A stretch of DNA of 52,580 bases from an uncultured Actinomycetota bacterium. Lineage in GTDB: Bacteria > Actinomycetota > Nitriliruptoria > Nitriliruptorales > Nitriliruptoraceae. Of this stretch, positions 1 through 9,445 are shown piece by piece (the stretch's first letter is position 1; every line of letters begins with the position of its first letter). The notes under the pieces were generated by a model. That model did not search any database. It was not told the origin of the DNA and saw nothing but the letters and a program-made list of their open reading frames with translations. A program made the translations under genes and the position numbers. The stretch covers positions 1 through 52,580 of the forward strand of contig CAYTLZ010000002.1 in NCBI GenBank assembly GCA_964438785.1, given 5' to 3'.

Positions 1-903
1 GAGGCGGTGACCGTCGACGGGCGGATCCTGCGGCGGATGTCAGGGCTGGTCAAGGACAACGCCGGCTACGACCTCGCCGGACTGCTGACCGGCAGCGAGG
101 GCACGCTCGCGGTGATCACCGCCGCCCGGCTGCGCCTGGTGCAGCCGCGCCCTGAACGGGTCGTCGCCGTGATCGCGACCGCCGACCTGGCCGCCGCCCA
201 GCGGGTGCTCGCGGCCGTCCGGGGCCGACTCGACACCATCGAGGCGGTCGAGTTCTTCCTCGCCGACGGCCTCGCCCTGGTGCGCGAGGTCACCGGCGTC
301 GCGCCGCCGTTCGCCACCTCGCATCCCGCCTACCTGCTGATCGAATGTGCGGGGCGGACCGACCCGACCGACGAGCTGGCCGCGGCGCTGGTCGACACGC
401 CGGCCGCGGCCGACGTGGCGGACGTCGCCGTCGCCACCGATGCGCCCGGCCGGGCCCGGCTGTGGGCCCTGCGCGAGCACCACACCGACGCGATCAACGC
501 GACCGGGGTGCCGGTGAAGCTCGACGTGTCGCTGCCGACCGCGCAGCTCGCGTCGTTCGCGGCCCGCGTGCCGGAGGTCGTCGCCGCGGTCGCACCCGGA
601 GCGAGGACGATCCTGTTCGGTCACCTCGGTGACGGCAACCTGCACGTCAACGTGCTCGGTGCCGATCCGGACACCGATGTCGTCGACGACGCGGTGCTGC
701 GCCTGACCACCGACCTCGGCGGCTCCATCAGCGCGGAACACGGCATCGGGCGCGCCAAGCTGCCGTGGCTGACGCTGCACCGTGATGCGGCCGACATCGC
801 GGCGATGCGCCGCATCAAGGACGCGTTCGATCCGGACGGCCGGCTCAACCCCCGGGTGCTGCTGCCGCCGGCCGTGTCCGATGGGAAGCCCGGCGCTGCG
901 TAG
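1..903 (+). CDS. FAD-linked oxidase, C-terminal part (GlcD / D-lactate dehydrogenase-like); 5' end lies outside the window
   Basis: The frame is open from base 1. The motifs KDNAGYDLAGLLTGSEGTLAVIT and GSISAEHGIGRAK are typical of FAD_binding_4/FAD-oxidase_C enzymes. GC3 is high and the stop is TAG at 901-903. Confidence 0.8.
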   Translation, partial: EAVTVDGRILRRMSGLVKDNAGYDLAGLLTGSEGTLAVITAARLRLVQPRPERVVAVIATADLAAAQRVLAAVRGRLDTIEAVEFFLADGLALVREVTGVAPPFATSHPAYLLIECAGRTDPTDELAAALVDTPAAADVADVAVATDAPGRARLWALREHHTDAINATGVPVKLDVSLPTAQLASFAARVPEVVAAVAPGARTILFGHLGDGNLHVNVLGADPDTDVVDDAVLRLTTDLGGSISAEHGIGRAKLPWLTLHRDAADIAAMRRIKDAFDPDGRLNPRVLLPPAVSDGKPGAA

Positions 904-971
904 CGTGTTGCTGCGAGCGGACCGCCACACGGATCCGAACGGCAACCGACCAGCGCGACGAGGATGGGCAC

Positions 972-2282
972 GTGAGCGACTTCCAGGAGCTGCCGAGCCG
1001 CGGGCAGCGGGCCGGTCGGAGGCGGGTCGGTCGGTGGCGGGCCGGGCTGCTGATCGGGACCGCGGCCGTGCTCGCCGCGTGCGGTTCGGCCAGTGGCTCC
1101 GACGAGGCCGCGGCACCGGACCCCGACGACTGGGACGCGGTGCTCGCCGCGGCCGACGGTGCGACGCTCGATCTGCACATGTGGGGCGGCAGCACGGAGA
1201 TCAACCGGTTCGTCGACGAGGTCTACGGCCCGCGACTGGCCGAGTTCGGCATCACGCTGAACCGGGTGCCGCTGGCCGACACCGCCGATGCGGTCAACAC
1301 CGTGCTCGGTGAGCTGCAGGCCGGCCGCTCGAGCGGCGGGGCGATCGACGTCATCTGGATCAACGGCGAGAACTTCACCACCATGCGGCAGGCCGACGCG
1401 CTGCTCGAGGGGTGGGCCGAGTCGCTGCCCAACGCCCGGCTGGTCGACTGGGAGGACCCCTCGGTCGCGTTCGACGCGGGCCGCAGCGTCGACGGCGCGG
1501 AGTCGCCGTGGGGCAGTGCGCAGTTCCAGTTCGTCCACGACACGGCCCGCACCGACGCGGCGGACCTGCCCCGGTCCTATGCGGAACTCGCCGACTGGAT
1601 CGAGGCGAACCCGGGACGCTTCACCTATCCCGCCCCACCGGCGTTCCACGGCACCCGGTTCGTCAAGCAGTGGCTCTACGAGCTCGCCGGTGGCCCCGAC
1701 GACTTCGTCGGCGCGTTCGACGAGGCCGCCTACGAGGCCGCCGCCGACGAACTCTTCGACGTCCTCGACGAGCTGCGGCCGTCGTTGTGGCGTGGTGGCG
1801 AGACCTACCCGGGCGACATCGCCGAACTCGACCAGCTGTTCGCCAACGGCGAGGTGGATCTCACCTTCACGCAGTTGCCGGCCGGGATCGACGCGCAGAT
1901 CGACGCCGGCGTGTTCCCGTCGACCGCCGAACCGTTCGTGTTCGACACCGGCACGATCGGTGACCACCACTACCTCGCGGTCCCCGTGAACGCCGCCGAC
2001 CCGGCCGCGGCCATGGTGTTCGCCGATCTGGTGCTCGAACCGGACCTGCAGGCGATGAAGCTCGACCCGGCCAACGGCTGGGGCGACGGGCTGGCCATCG
2101 CCGTCGACCGGCTCGACGCCGACGCGCGCGCCGAGGTCGCATCGGTGCTCCGCGGCGAGCGGGCCACCAGCGTGCCGCAGGAGGAGCTCGAGGCGGTCCG
2201 TCTGCCCGAGACGCGCGGGGCGTTCACCGACCGGCTCGACGCCGACTGGGACCGGTTCGTCCGCCAGCACCAGCCCCGCTGA
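972..2282 (+). CDS. ABC transporter substrate-binding lipoprotein, YnjB-like (COG4134 type)
   Basis: GTG start and a signal peptide with lipobox LAAC. The stretch HMWGGSTEINRFVD...GGAIDVIWINGENF resembles the YnjB family as I recall it. Confidence 0.8.
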   Translation: MSDFQELPSRGQRAGRRRVGRWRAGLLIGTAAVLAACGSASGSDEAAAPDPDDWDAVLAAADGATLDLHMWGGSTEINRFVDEVYGPRLAEFGITLNRVPLADTADAVNTVLGELQAGRSSGGAIDVIWINGENFTTMRQADALLEGWAESLPNARLVDWEDPSVAFDAGRSVDGAESPWGSAQFQFVHDTARTDAADLPRSYAELADWIEANPGRFTYPAPPAFHGTRFVKQWLYELAGGPDDFVGAFDEAAYEAAADELFDVLDELRPSLWRGGETYPGDIAELDQLFANGEVDLTFTQLPAGIDAQIDAGVFPSTAEPFVFDTGTIGDHHYLAVPVNAADPAAAMVFADLVLEPDLQAMKLDPANGWGDGLAIAVDRLDADARAEVASVLRGERATSVPQEELEAVRLPETRGAFTDRLDADWDRFVRQHQPR

Positions 2283-2294
2283 CCGGGAGCGACC

Positions 2295-3281
2295 ATGGCC
2301 GCCTCCGCTGCGGGTCGACCGGTGTCGAACCGCCGATCGACCACCCGCCCGCCACGCGGGCCGGGCCGCGGTCGCCTGCGGCGGGTGTGGCGCCACGAGC
2401 GGGTCCGCACCGTGACCGCGCTGGCACCGCCGCTGCTGCTGGTCGGGGTGCTGTTCGTCACCGCGTTCGGCTTCGCGGTCACCTCGTCGCTGGGGCTGTC
2501 GCCGTTCGTCGCGGGTGACGGTCCGACGCTCGCGGCCTACCAACGGCTGTTCACCAGTGCGGAGTTCACCCGGTCCCTGGCGCTGACCACCTATGTCGCG
2601 GTCGTCGCGACCGCGAGCTCCGTGGTGCTCGGCATCGGGGCCGCGCTGGTGCTCGATCGCGCCCGCTTCGGTCGACGGGCCGCCACCACCCTGTTCCAGC
2701 TCAACCTGCCGATCCCGCACGTCATCGGGGCCGTCGCCATCCTGCTGCTGCTCGGCCAGAGCGGGTTCGTGTCGCGGCTGGCGTTCCAGGCCGGGTTGAT
2801 CGACGGCCCCGCCGGGTTCCCCGCCCTGGTGTTCGACCCGGCGGCCATCGGGATCATCGTCCAGTACGTCTGGAAGGAGGTCCCCTTCATCGGCATCATC
2901 GCGCTCGCCATCCTGCGTTCGGCCGGTGACGATCTCGACGAGGCCGCCCGGACGCTCGGGGCGTCCGGCTGGCAACGGCTGCGCCACGTCACCCTGCCGG
3001 TGCTGCTGCCCGGGCTGGTACCGGCCACCGTCATCGTGTTCGCCTTCACGTTCGGGACCTTCGAGGTACCGCTGCTGCTCGGGCCGAGCTTCCCGGCGGT
3101 GCTGCCGGTGCTGGCGCATCGCCGCTACCTCGACGTCGACCTGGCCGCGCGTGACGAGGCCATGGCGATCAGCGTGGTCATCACCGTGATCGTGGTGGTG
3201 CTCGTGGTGGTCGGGGCCTGGGCGGCCCGGCGACTGGTCCGCCCGGACGCACGTCCGCAACCGCGTGCGGCACGCCGATGA
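2295..3281 (+). CDS. ABC transporter permease (YnjC-like, first half)
   Basis: ATG lies 13 nt after the SBP stop with a GGGAG RBS. The protein has multiple TM segments and a BPD_transp_1-like EAA loop (DDLDEAARTLGASGWQRLRHVTLP). Confidence 0.8.
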   Translation: MAASAAGRPVSNRRSTTRPPRGPGRGRLRRVWRHERVRTVTALAPPLLLVGVLFVTAFGFAVTSSLGLSPFVAGDGPTLAAYQRLFTSAEFTRSLALTTYVAVVATASSVVLGIGAALVLDRARFGRRAATTLFQLNLPIPHVIGAVAILLLLGQSGFVSRLAFQAGLIDGPAGFPALVFDPAAIGIIVQYVWKEVPFIGIIALAILRSAGDDLDEAARTLGASGWQRLRHVTLPVLLPGLVPATVIVFAFTFGTFEVPLLLGPSFPAVLPVLAHRRYLDVDLAARDEAMAISVVITVIVVVLVVVGAWAARRLVRPDARPQPRAARR

Positions 3282-4081
3282 GGGCCGGGCGTGGGTGGAC
3301 GGTCGCGAGCTGGGCGATCGTGGCGGTGCTGCTGGTGCCGTTCGTGCCGCTGGTGCTGACCAGCGTGGCCAGCGGCTACTTCCATCCGCAGGTCGTGCCG
3401 GAGCGCTTCAGCACGCGGGCGTGGGCGATCGTGCTGGAGCCCGGCGGTGCCAGCTGGCGGGCGCTGGTCGACAGCGTCGTGATCGCGCTCGCGGTGACGG
3501 GCGCGTCGCTGGTGCTGGCCGTGCCCGCCGGCCGGGTGCTGGCCACGCACCGGTTCCGGGGTCGTTCGGCGATGCAGGTGGCCCTGCTCACCCCCGTGCT
3601 GGTCCCGGCGATCGCCGTCGCGATCGGGTTGCACGTGGTGTTCATCCGGCTCGGACTCGACGGCGGGATCCCGGGGGTGGTGCTCGTCCACCTGCTGCCG
3701 ACCGTCCCCTACGTGCTGCTGCTGACCATCGGGGTGTTCGCCAACGCGGACCTGGAACTCGAGGCGCAGGCCCGCTCGCTCGGCGCCGGGTTCTGGCAGA
3801 CGCAGTGGCACGTGACCCGCCGGCTGGTCGCGCCCGGGTTGGCGGTCGCGGCGCTGTTCGGTTTCCTGATCTCCTGGGGCCAGTACGCGCTGACCCTGGT
3901 GATCGGAGGTGGTCGGGTGGTGACCCTGCCGATCCTGCTGTTCGCGTCCGCCTCGGGCGGTGACGTCGCGGTCACCGCGGCCACCGCGCTGTTCCACGGG
4001 CTGCCGGCGCTCGGGCTGCTCGTGATCGCCGCGCGGGTGCTCGGTGCCCGGGGTGCGACGAGTCTCGGGGGCGCGCGATGA
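3278..4081 (+). CDS. ABC transporter permease (YnjC-like, second half)
   Basis: ATGA overlap with the upstream permease. The protein has six TM-like segments and the loop LELEAQARSLGAGFWQTQWHV. Confidence 0.8.
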   Translation: MRAGRGWTVASWAIVAVLLVPFVPLVLTSVASGYFHPQVVPERFSTRAWAIVLEPGGASWRALVDSVVIALAVTGASLVLAVPAGRVLATHRFRGRSAMQVALLTPVLVPAIAVAIGLHVVFIRLGLDGGIPGVVLVHLLPTVPYVLLLTIGVFANADLELEAQARSLGAGFWQTQWHVTRRLVAPGLAVAALFGFLISWGQYALTLVIGGGRVVTLPILLFASASGGDVAVTAATALFHGLPALGLLVIAARVLGARGATSLGGAR

Positions 4082-5187
4082 CGGCCATCCATCTGCGCGG
4101 GTTGACCAGGCGCTACGGCCGGCTCGCCGCGCTCGACGCCCTGGATCTGGAGATCGGCAGCGGGACGGTCACCGCCCTGCTCGGCCCGTCGGGGTGCGGC
4201 AAGACGACCGCCCTGAAACTGATCGCCGGTCTCATCGATCCGACGGCCGGATCGGTGTGGTTCGACGACCGCGACGTCACCGACGTCCCGGCGCAGCGGC
4301 GCGGTGCGGTGATGGCCTTCCAGGACCACCGGCTGTTCCCCTACCTCGATGCCCGGGACAACGTCGCCTTCGGGCTGCGCATGCGCGGTGTCGGACGTCG
4401 CGAGCGGCACCGGGCCGCCGACGCGGCGCTCGACCGCGTCGGGCTCGACGGCCTCGGCGACCGGCGCGCCGCTGCGCTGTCCGGCGGGCACCGCCACCGG
4501 GTCGCGCTGGCCCGGGCACTGGTGCTGGAACCCGACGTGCTGCTGCTCGACGAGCCGCTCAGCAACCTCGACGCCCACCTGCGTGACGACATGCGGGCGT
4601 TGATCCTGGATCTGCACGCCCAGCGGGGTCTGACCACGGTGGTCGTGACCCACGACCAGGAGGAGGCGGTGGTCCTGGCCGACGAGATCGCCCTGCTGTT
4701 CGACGGTCGGCTCGAGCAGCACGGGCCGCCCCGTACGTTCTACGAGCATCCGGCGACCGCCCGGGCGGCCCGGTTCTTCGCCGCCGCCAACCTCTTCGAC
4801 GGCCGGGCCGCGTCCGGGACGGTGACCACGCCGATGGGGGTGCTGCGGGCCCGCGGCACCATGGACGACGGGCCGGCGGTGGTCACGATCCGGCCCGAGC
4901 GCATCCGGGTCGGCCACCACGATCCCGCCCACCACGACCACCTGACCGGGCGGGTGCGACGCTCCAGCTACCTCGGGACCCGCACCCGCGTCGAACTGGA
5001 CGTCGCCGGGCAACGCGTGGTCGTCGACGCCAGCGGCGACGCCCTGGCGGACGCCGGACCCGGCACGAGCTTGACCGTCGCACTGCCGCACGAGGCGCTG
5101 TGGGTCGTGCCCGGCGACGAGCCCGTACCTTCCGGGTCATCGGACGCAGGCACCGCGCACGCGGTCGTCTCGGACCACGAGGACTGA
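4078..5187 (+). CDS. ABC transporter ATP-binding protein (YnjD/FbpC/PotA-like)
   Basis: ATGA overlap with the upstream permease. It has Walker A GPSGCGKTT, the signature variant LSGGHRHR, Walker B LLLDEP, an H-loop VTHD and a C-terminal TOBE-like tail. Confidence 0.9.
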   Translation: MTAIHLRGLTRRYGRLAALDALDLEIGSGTVTALLGPSGCGKTTALKLIAGLIDPTAGSVWFDDRDVTDVPAQRRGAVMAFQDHRLFPYLDARDNVAFGLRMRGVGRRERHRAADAALDRVGLDGLGDRRAAALSGGHRHRVALARALVLEPDVLLLDEPLSNLDAHLRDDMRALILDLHAQRGLTTVVVTHDQEEAVVLADEIALLFDGRLEQHGPPRTFYEHPATARAARFFAAANLFDGRAASGTVTTPMGVLRARGTMDDGPAVVTIRPERIRVGHHDPAHHDHLTGRVRRSSYLGTRTRVELDVAGQRVVVDASGDALADAGPGTSLTVALPHEALWVVPGDEPVPSGSSDAGTAHAVVSDHED

Positions 5188-5188
5188 C

Positions 5189-6172
5189 GTGCACGAATCG
5201 ACCGGCCAGATCCCGCTGACCCGGCTGCGTACGGCCGAGCCCTACCGTGACCGGCTCGCCGCCGACGTGCGCGCCGGGCTGGCCGGCCCCGCGCGGTCGC
5301 TGCCGCCGATCCACCTCTACGACGCCCGCGGATCGGCACTGTTCGAGCAGATCACCGAGCTCGACGAGTACTACCCGACCCGCACGGAACTGGGCATCCT
5401 CGACGCGCATCTGGACGGCCTGGTCGCGGCCGTCGGACCCGACGAGGTCGTGGAGATCGGCTCCGGCTCGGCGGTGAAGGCCGCTAGGCTCGTCGCCGCC
5501 ATGCAGCTCGTCGGCGCGTCGCGCTACGTGCCGTTCGACATCTCGGAGTCCGCGGTGGTCGGGGCGGCCACGCAGCTGCGCGCCGACCATCCGTGGCTGG
5601 AGGTGGACCCCCACCTCGGCGACTTCCAGCTCGATCTGCAGGCCATCCCGCGCCGTGGTCGCCGGCTGGTCGCCTTCCTCGGCTCCACGATCGGCAATCT
5701 CGGCGTGGCGGAGCGCGGTGAGCTGCTCGGGCAGTTCGCGACCATGCTCGGTCCCGACGGTGGGCTGCTGCTGGGCATCGACCTGGTCAAGGCCGCCGAC
5801 GTGCTGGAGGCCGCCTACGACGACGCCGCCGGGGTGACGGCCGCGTTCAACCGCAACGTGCTGCAGGTCATCAACCGGGAGCTGGACGGTGACATCCCCG
5901 TGGACGCGTTCACGCACCGGGCCGTGTGGGATCCCGAGGCCGAGGGCATCGAGATGCACCTGGTCGCCACCCGGGACGTGCGCGCCCGCATCGCCGCCGT
6001 CGACCTGGAGCTCGCGATGGACGCCGGCGAGTACATCCTCACCGAGCACTCCTACAAGTTCCGCATCGACACCTTCCGCGACGAGCTCGCCACTGCCGGC
6101 CTCGAGCTGACCGAGGTCGCCACCGATCCGCAGGACCGGTTCGCGGTCGTGCTGGCCCGCGGGGCTGCGTAG
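5189..6172 (+). CDS. egtD: L-histidine N(alpha)-methyltransferase-like protein (EgtD family)
   Basis: GTG start 1 nt after the ATPase stop. It aligns end to end with my recollection of mycobacterial EgtD (LPP..LYDARGS.LFEQIT.L.EYYPTRTE, FLGSTIGNL, YDDAAGVTAAFNRNVL, LTE.SYKF). Confidence 0.75.
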   Translation: MHESTGQIPLTRLRTAEPYRDRLAADVRAGLAGPARSLPPIHLYDARGSALFEQITELDEYYPTRTELGILDAHLDGLVAAVGPDEVVEIGSGSAVKAARLVAAMQLVGASRYVPFDISESAVVGAATQLRADHPWLEVDPHLGDFQLDLQAIPRRGRRLVAFLGSTIGNLGVAERGELLGQFATMLGPDGGLLLGIDLVKAADVLEAAYDDAAGVTAAFNRNVLQVINRELDGDIPVDAFTHRAVWDPEAEGIEMHLVATRDVRARIAAVDLELAMDAGEYILTEHSYKFRIDTFRDELATAGLELTEVATDPQDRFAVVLARGAA

Positions 6173-6188
6173 CGCGGCGCGACGGTGC

Positions 6189-8081
6189 TCAGCGTCCGCC
6201 GGTACGTGCCCGGTGGTGGTGGGTGCCGTCGAAGGTCGTGTGGCCGGTCGCCTTCAGGTGTTCGAGCAGCGGCACCGCGACGCGGCGGGAGACCTCCCAG
6301 CACTGCCGCGCATCGGAGGCGGTGAACCCGTCGCCACCGGCGGCCGGCCCCGCGTCGAGCCGGGTCACGGCCGTCGCGACGACCTCGGCCGGGAACAGCA
6401 GCCCGTCGCGGACGAACAGCCGCCCGTCGTCGATGAGCGGCTGGACCTCGAAGAAGGGGAGGGCGTGGTCGCCCGCCACCTCGCCCAGCGCGGCCGGCGC
6501 GAACGGCTCATCGCGGAGCCGGTCGAGCAGGGCCTGCTGGCGCCGCTCGCGGTCCGCGCGATAGGTCGCGATGCGATCGTCGTGGACCACCCGACCGCCG
6601 ACGTCGTGCAGCTGCCCGTCGGTGATCGCGGCGCGCAGCAGCAGCTCGTCGAGCTGCTCCGGACAGCCGGCGTCCTGCGCGGCCCGGCGGACCGCGTCGC
6701 GGGTCAGGACCGGGTCGTGGGCGGCGCGGGCCGTCGCGGCCATCGCCCCGGCCCAGCGCTCGGCGGCCGCGGCCCGTACCACGTGGGGCCCGAGTCGGTC
6801 CAGGCCCTCGAGCGTCGCGATCGCCGGGAGCGTGTGGCCGAGCATCGCCTCGAGCCGGTCGAGCCGGTCGAGCCGATCGCTACCGGCATGGGCGTCGATC
6901 AGCCCGGCGGCCCGGTCGACCGGGGTCGGCGCACCCCGGATCGTGTCGAGCGCCTCGGCGTGGATGAGCCGCCGCTCGGTGCCGCGGGGCGGACGGCCGG
7001 GGGCGACGTCGAGCACCTCGCCGCCCGCCACCGTGCGCCGGCGTCCGACCTCGCGCAGCACGATGCGGTCGCCGCTGCGGGCGGCGACGGGCCGGTCGAG
7101 CTGCAGCCGGACCGGCCCGTCGTGGCCGGGACCGAGATCGCCGAGCAGCGGGAGGACGCGCACGTCGCGGTGCGCACTGCCGAGGTGCAGCTGCCAGGCA
7201 CCGGTGCCCGTGACCTCCGCGTCCGGCAGGACCTGCAGCCACACGTCCAGCACCGTCGTGGCCAGGGCCGCCGGGGTGCCGTCGTCGCGGAGTTCGGTGA
7301 GCGTGTCGCCGCGGACCACCGCCTCGCTGTCGACGCCGGCGAGCGCCACGGCGACACGCGCGGGGGCCGTCACCTCGTCGCGCGGCCGTTCCAGGGCGCG
7401 TAGCTCCCGGATCCGGCCGCGAGCGGGGCCGGGGAGCACCGCCAGCTGCTGCTGGCGTGCCAGGTGGCCGCTGGTCAGGGTGCCGGTCACCACCGTGCCC
7501 GCCCCCGCCACGGTGAAGACCCGATCGACCCACAACCGCGCGAAGCCGTCGGCCGTCCCGGTCGACGCCGACAGCGCCGCGACCAGTGTGGTGCGCAGCT
7601 GATCGAGTCCGGTGCCGGCCAGTGAGTCGACCGCCACGATCGGGGTCGCCTCGAACCCGACGGCGTCCAGGCGGGCGCGCACGTCGGCGGTGACCTCGGC
7701 GGTGCGCTCCGGGCCGGCCGGACCGGTCTTGGTGACCACCGCGGTCACGATGCGACGGCCCAGCAGGGCGACGATGTCGAGGTGCTCCTGGGACTGCGCC
7801 GACCAGCCGTCGTCCGCGGCGACGACGAACAGCACCTCGTCGACGGCCCCGACGCCGGTCAGCATGTTGGTCAGGAACCGGTCGTGGCCGGGCACGTCGA
7901 CGAACGCGGTGGTGACCTGTCGGGTCCCGTCGTCGAGGTCGGTCCACACGAACCCCAGGTCGATGGTCAGCCCGCGGCGACGTTCCTCGTCGAACCGGTC
8001 GGGCTCCTGGCCGGTCAGTGCCCGCACCAGCGCGCTCTTGCCGTGGTCGACGTGCCCGGCGGTCGCGACGACGTGCATCAC
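6189..8081 (-). CDS. selB: Selenocysteine-specific translation elongation factor SelB
   Basis: The N-terminal GTPase domain reads MHVVATAGHVDHGKSALVRALTG and DVPGHDRF. The roughly 630-aa length includes C-terminal winged-helix-type extensions. The start overlaps the selA stop (GTGA). Confidence 0.9.
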   Translation of the reverse strand: MMHVVATAGHVDHGKSALVRALTGQEPDRFDEERRRGLTIDLGFVWTDLDDGTRQVTTAFVDVPGHDRFLTNMLTGVGAVDEVLFVVAADDGWSAQSQEHLDIVALLGRRIVTAVVTKTGPAGPERTAEVTADVRARLDAVGFEATPIVAVDSLAGTGLDQLRTTLVAALSASTGTADGFARLWVDRVFTVAGAGTVVTGTLTSGHLARQQQLAVLPGPARGRIRELRALERPRDEVTAPARVAVALAGVDSEAVVRGDTLTELRDDGTPAALATTVLDVWLQVLPDAEVTGTGAWQLHLGSAHRDVRVLPLLGDLGPGHDGPVRLQLDRPVAARSGDRIVLREVGRRRTVAGGEVLDVAPGRPPRGTERRLIHAEALDTIRGAPTPVDRAAGLIDAHAGSDRLDRLDRLEAMLGHTLPAIATLEGLDRLGPHVVRAAAAERWAGAMAATARAAHDPVLTRDAVRRAAQDAGCPEQLDELLLRAAITDGQLHDVGGRVVHDDRIATYRADRERRQQALLDRLRDEPFAPAALGEVAGDHALPFFEVQPLIDDGRLFVRDGLLFPAEVVATAVTRLDAGPAAGGDGFTASDARQCWEVSRRVAVPLLEHLKATGHTTFDGTHHHRARTGGR

Positions 8082-9445
8082 GTCGTGACCTGCGCGATCG
8101 CCCGGCGCACCGCGGTGTGCAGCCGGTCGTCGTCGTGCGGCGCGACCGACCGCAGGTCGAGCACGACGCGGTCGTCGACGATCCGGGGCAGCACCGCAGG
8201 ATCACCGGTGCGCAGCGCCCGCGCGAGGTCCTCCGCCGGACCGGGCAGGGCCACGCCCGCCGACGGCAGCGTCGCCCCGGGGGTGGAGCCGCCACCGAGG
8301 ACCGCCTCGAGCTCGTCGACCTCGCCGTCGCCGACCTCGGCCAGGGCCCGGGCCCGGTCGCGGAGTTCGTCGGTGGGCGTCCCGGCCATCGCCCACACCG
8401 GCAGTTCGTCGCGCGCGTCGCGTTCGTGGGCGGCCAGGGTCGCCACCAGGGCGGCGATCCGCAGCTTGTCGAGCCGCAGCGCCCGGGCCAGCGGGGCCCG
8501 CCGGCACCGCTCGACCAGGTCGCGGTCGCCCGCGATGATGCCGGCCTGCGGGCCGCCGAGCAGCTTGTCGCCGGAGAACAGCACCAGCGACGCGCCGGCG
8601 GCGATCGCGTCGGTGGCGACCGGCTCGTCGGGGGCGGCCGGGTGGGCCTCGAGCAGGCCGGAGCCGAGGTCGTCGATGAACGGCACGCCGCGTGATCGGG
8701 CGATGTCGACCAGCTCGTCGGTGCTCGGACGGTGGACGAACCCGTCCATGCGGAAGTTGCTCGGATGCACCCGCAGGATGGCGCTGGCCCCCGCGTCGAT
8801 GGCATCGAGGTAGTCGCGGGCATGGGTGCGGTTGGTGGTGCCGACCTCGATCAGCGCCACCCCGGCGGAGCGCACGATGTCGGGGATCCGGAACGACCCG
8901 CCGATCTCCACCAGCTCACCGCGGCTGACCACGACCCCACCGTCACCGGCCAGGGTCGCCAACGCCAGGATCAACGCCGCGGCCCCGTTGTTGACGGCGA
9001 TGGCCGCCTCGGCCCCGAGCAGCCGGGCCAGCGCGTCGCCCACGGGCGCGTCGCGGCCGCCGCGTTCGCCGGTGGCCAGGTCCAGTTCCAGGTCGATCGC
9101 GCCGGCCGCCGTGGTCAGGGCCCGCACCGCGTCGGCGGACAGCGGTGCCCGGCCGAGGTTGGTGTGCAGCAGCACGCCGGTGGCGTTGAGCACGCCGACC
9201 GGGGCGCGGTCCTGGCGGTGCCGCAGTTGCGCGGCGGCCCGGGCCACCAGCGTCTCGTCCGCGAGGGGTGGGTCGTCGGCGGTCAGCTCGCGGCGGGCGG
9301 TCGCCAGCACGTCGCGCAGGGCCCCGGTCACGGCGGTGCGGCCGTGCGTGTCGATCAGCTCGACGGCCGGCGGGAGCTCGAGCAGCCGGCCGACGGCGGG
9401 CAGTGCCCGCCGCGGATCCGGGTTGCCGGTGGCAGCGTCCGTCAT
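8078..9445 (-). CDS. selA: L-seryl-tRNA(Sec) selenium transferase SelA
   Basis: It has the PLP-lysine motif FSGDKLLGGPQAG and the typical SelA N-terminus (LPAVGRLLE). It is translationally coupled to selD and selB. Confidence 0.9.
   Translation of the reverse strand: MTDAATGNPDPRRALPAVGRLLELPPAVELIDTHGRTAVTGALRDVLATARRELTADDPPLADETLVARAAAQLRHRQDRAPVGVLNATGVLLHTNLGRAPLSADAVRALTTAAGAIDLELDLATGERGGRDAPVGDALARLLGAEAAIAVNNGAAALILALATLAGDGGVVVSRGELVEIGGSFRIPDIVRSAGVALIEVGTTNRTHARDYLDAIDAGASAILRVHPSNFRMDGFVHRPSTDELVDIARSRGVPFIDDLGSGLLEAHPAAPDEPVATDAIAAGASLVLFSGDKLLGGPQAGIIAGDRDLVERCRRAPLARALRLDKLRIAALVATLAAHERDARDELPVWAMAGTPTDELRDRARALAEVGDGEVDELEAVLGGGSTPGATLPSAGVALPGPAEDLARALRTGDPAVLPRIVDDRVVLDLRSVAPHDDDRLHTAVRRAIAQVTT

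Noticed and set aside
2280-2297. Same-frame ORF pairs separated by a TGA, considered as possible Sec-containing fusions: SBP/permease at 2280-2297, and hydrolase/MscL at 36905-37016.
   Set aside because: Each downstream gene has its own RBS and start and belongs to an unrelated protein family. Sharing a frame is expected one time in three by chance.
621-3260. An 879-aa minus-strand ORF, plus many other long Arg/Pro/Gly-rich ORFs in the track (for example 16843-19431, 6880-8823, 38689-41418, 31630-34434 and 9268-11520).
   Set aside because: Each lies antisense or out of frame to a gene with clear homology and strong GC3 bias. Their translations are low-complexity Arg/Pro/Ala/Gly strings. In genomes this GC-rich, the frame whose first codon position pairs with the sense third position rarely meets a stop codon. 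I treat them as shadow ORFs.
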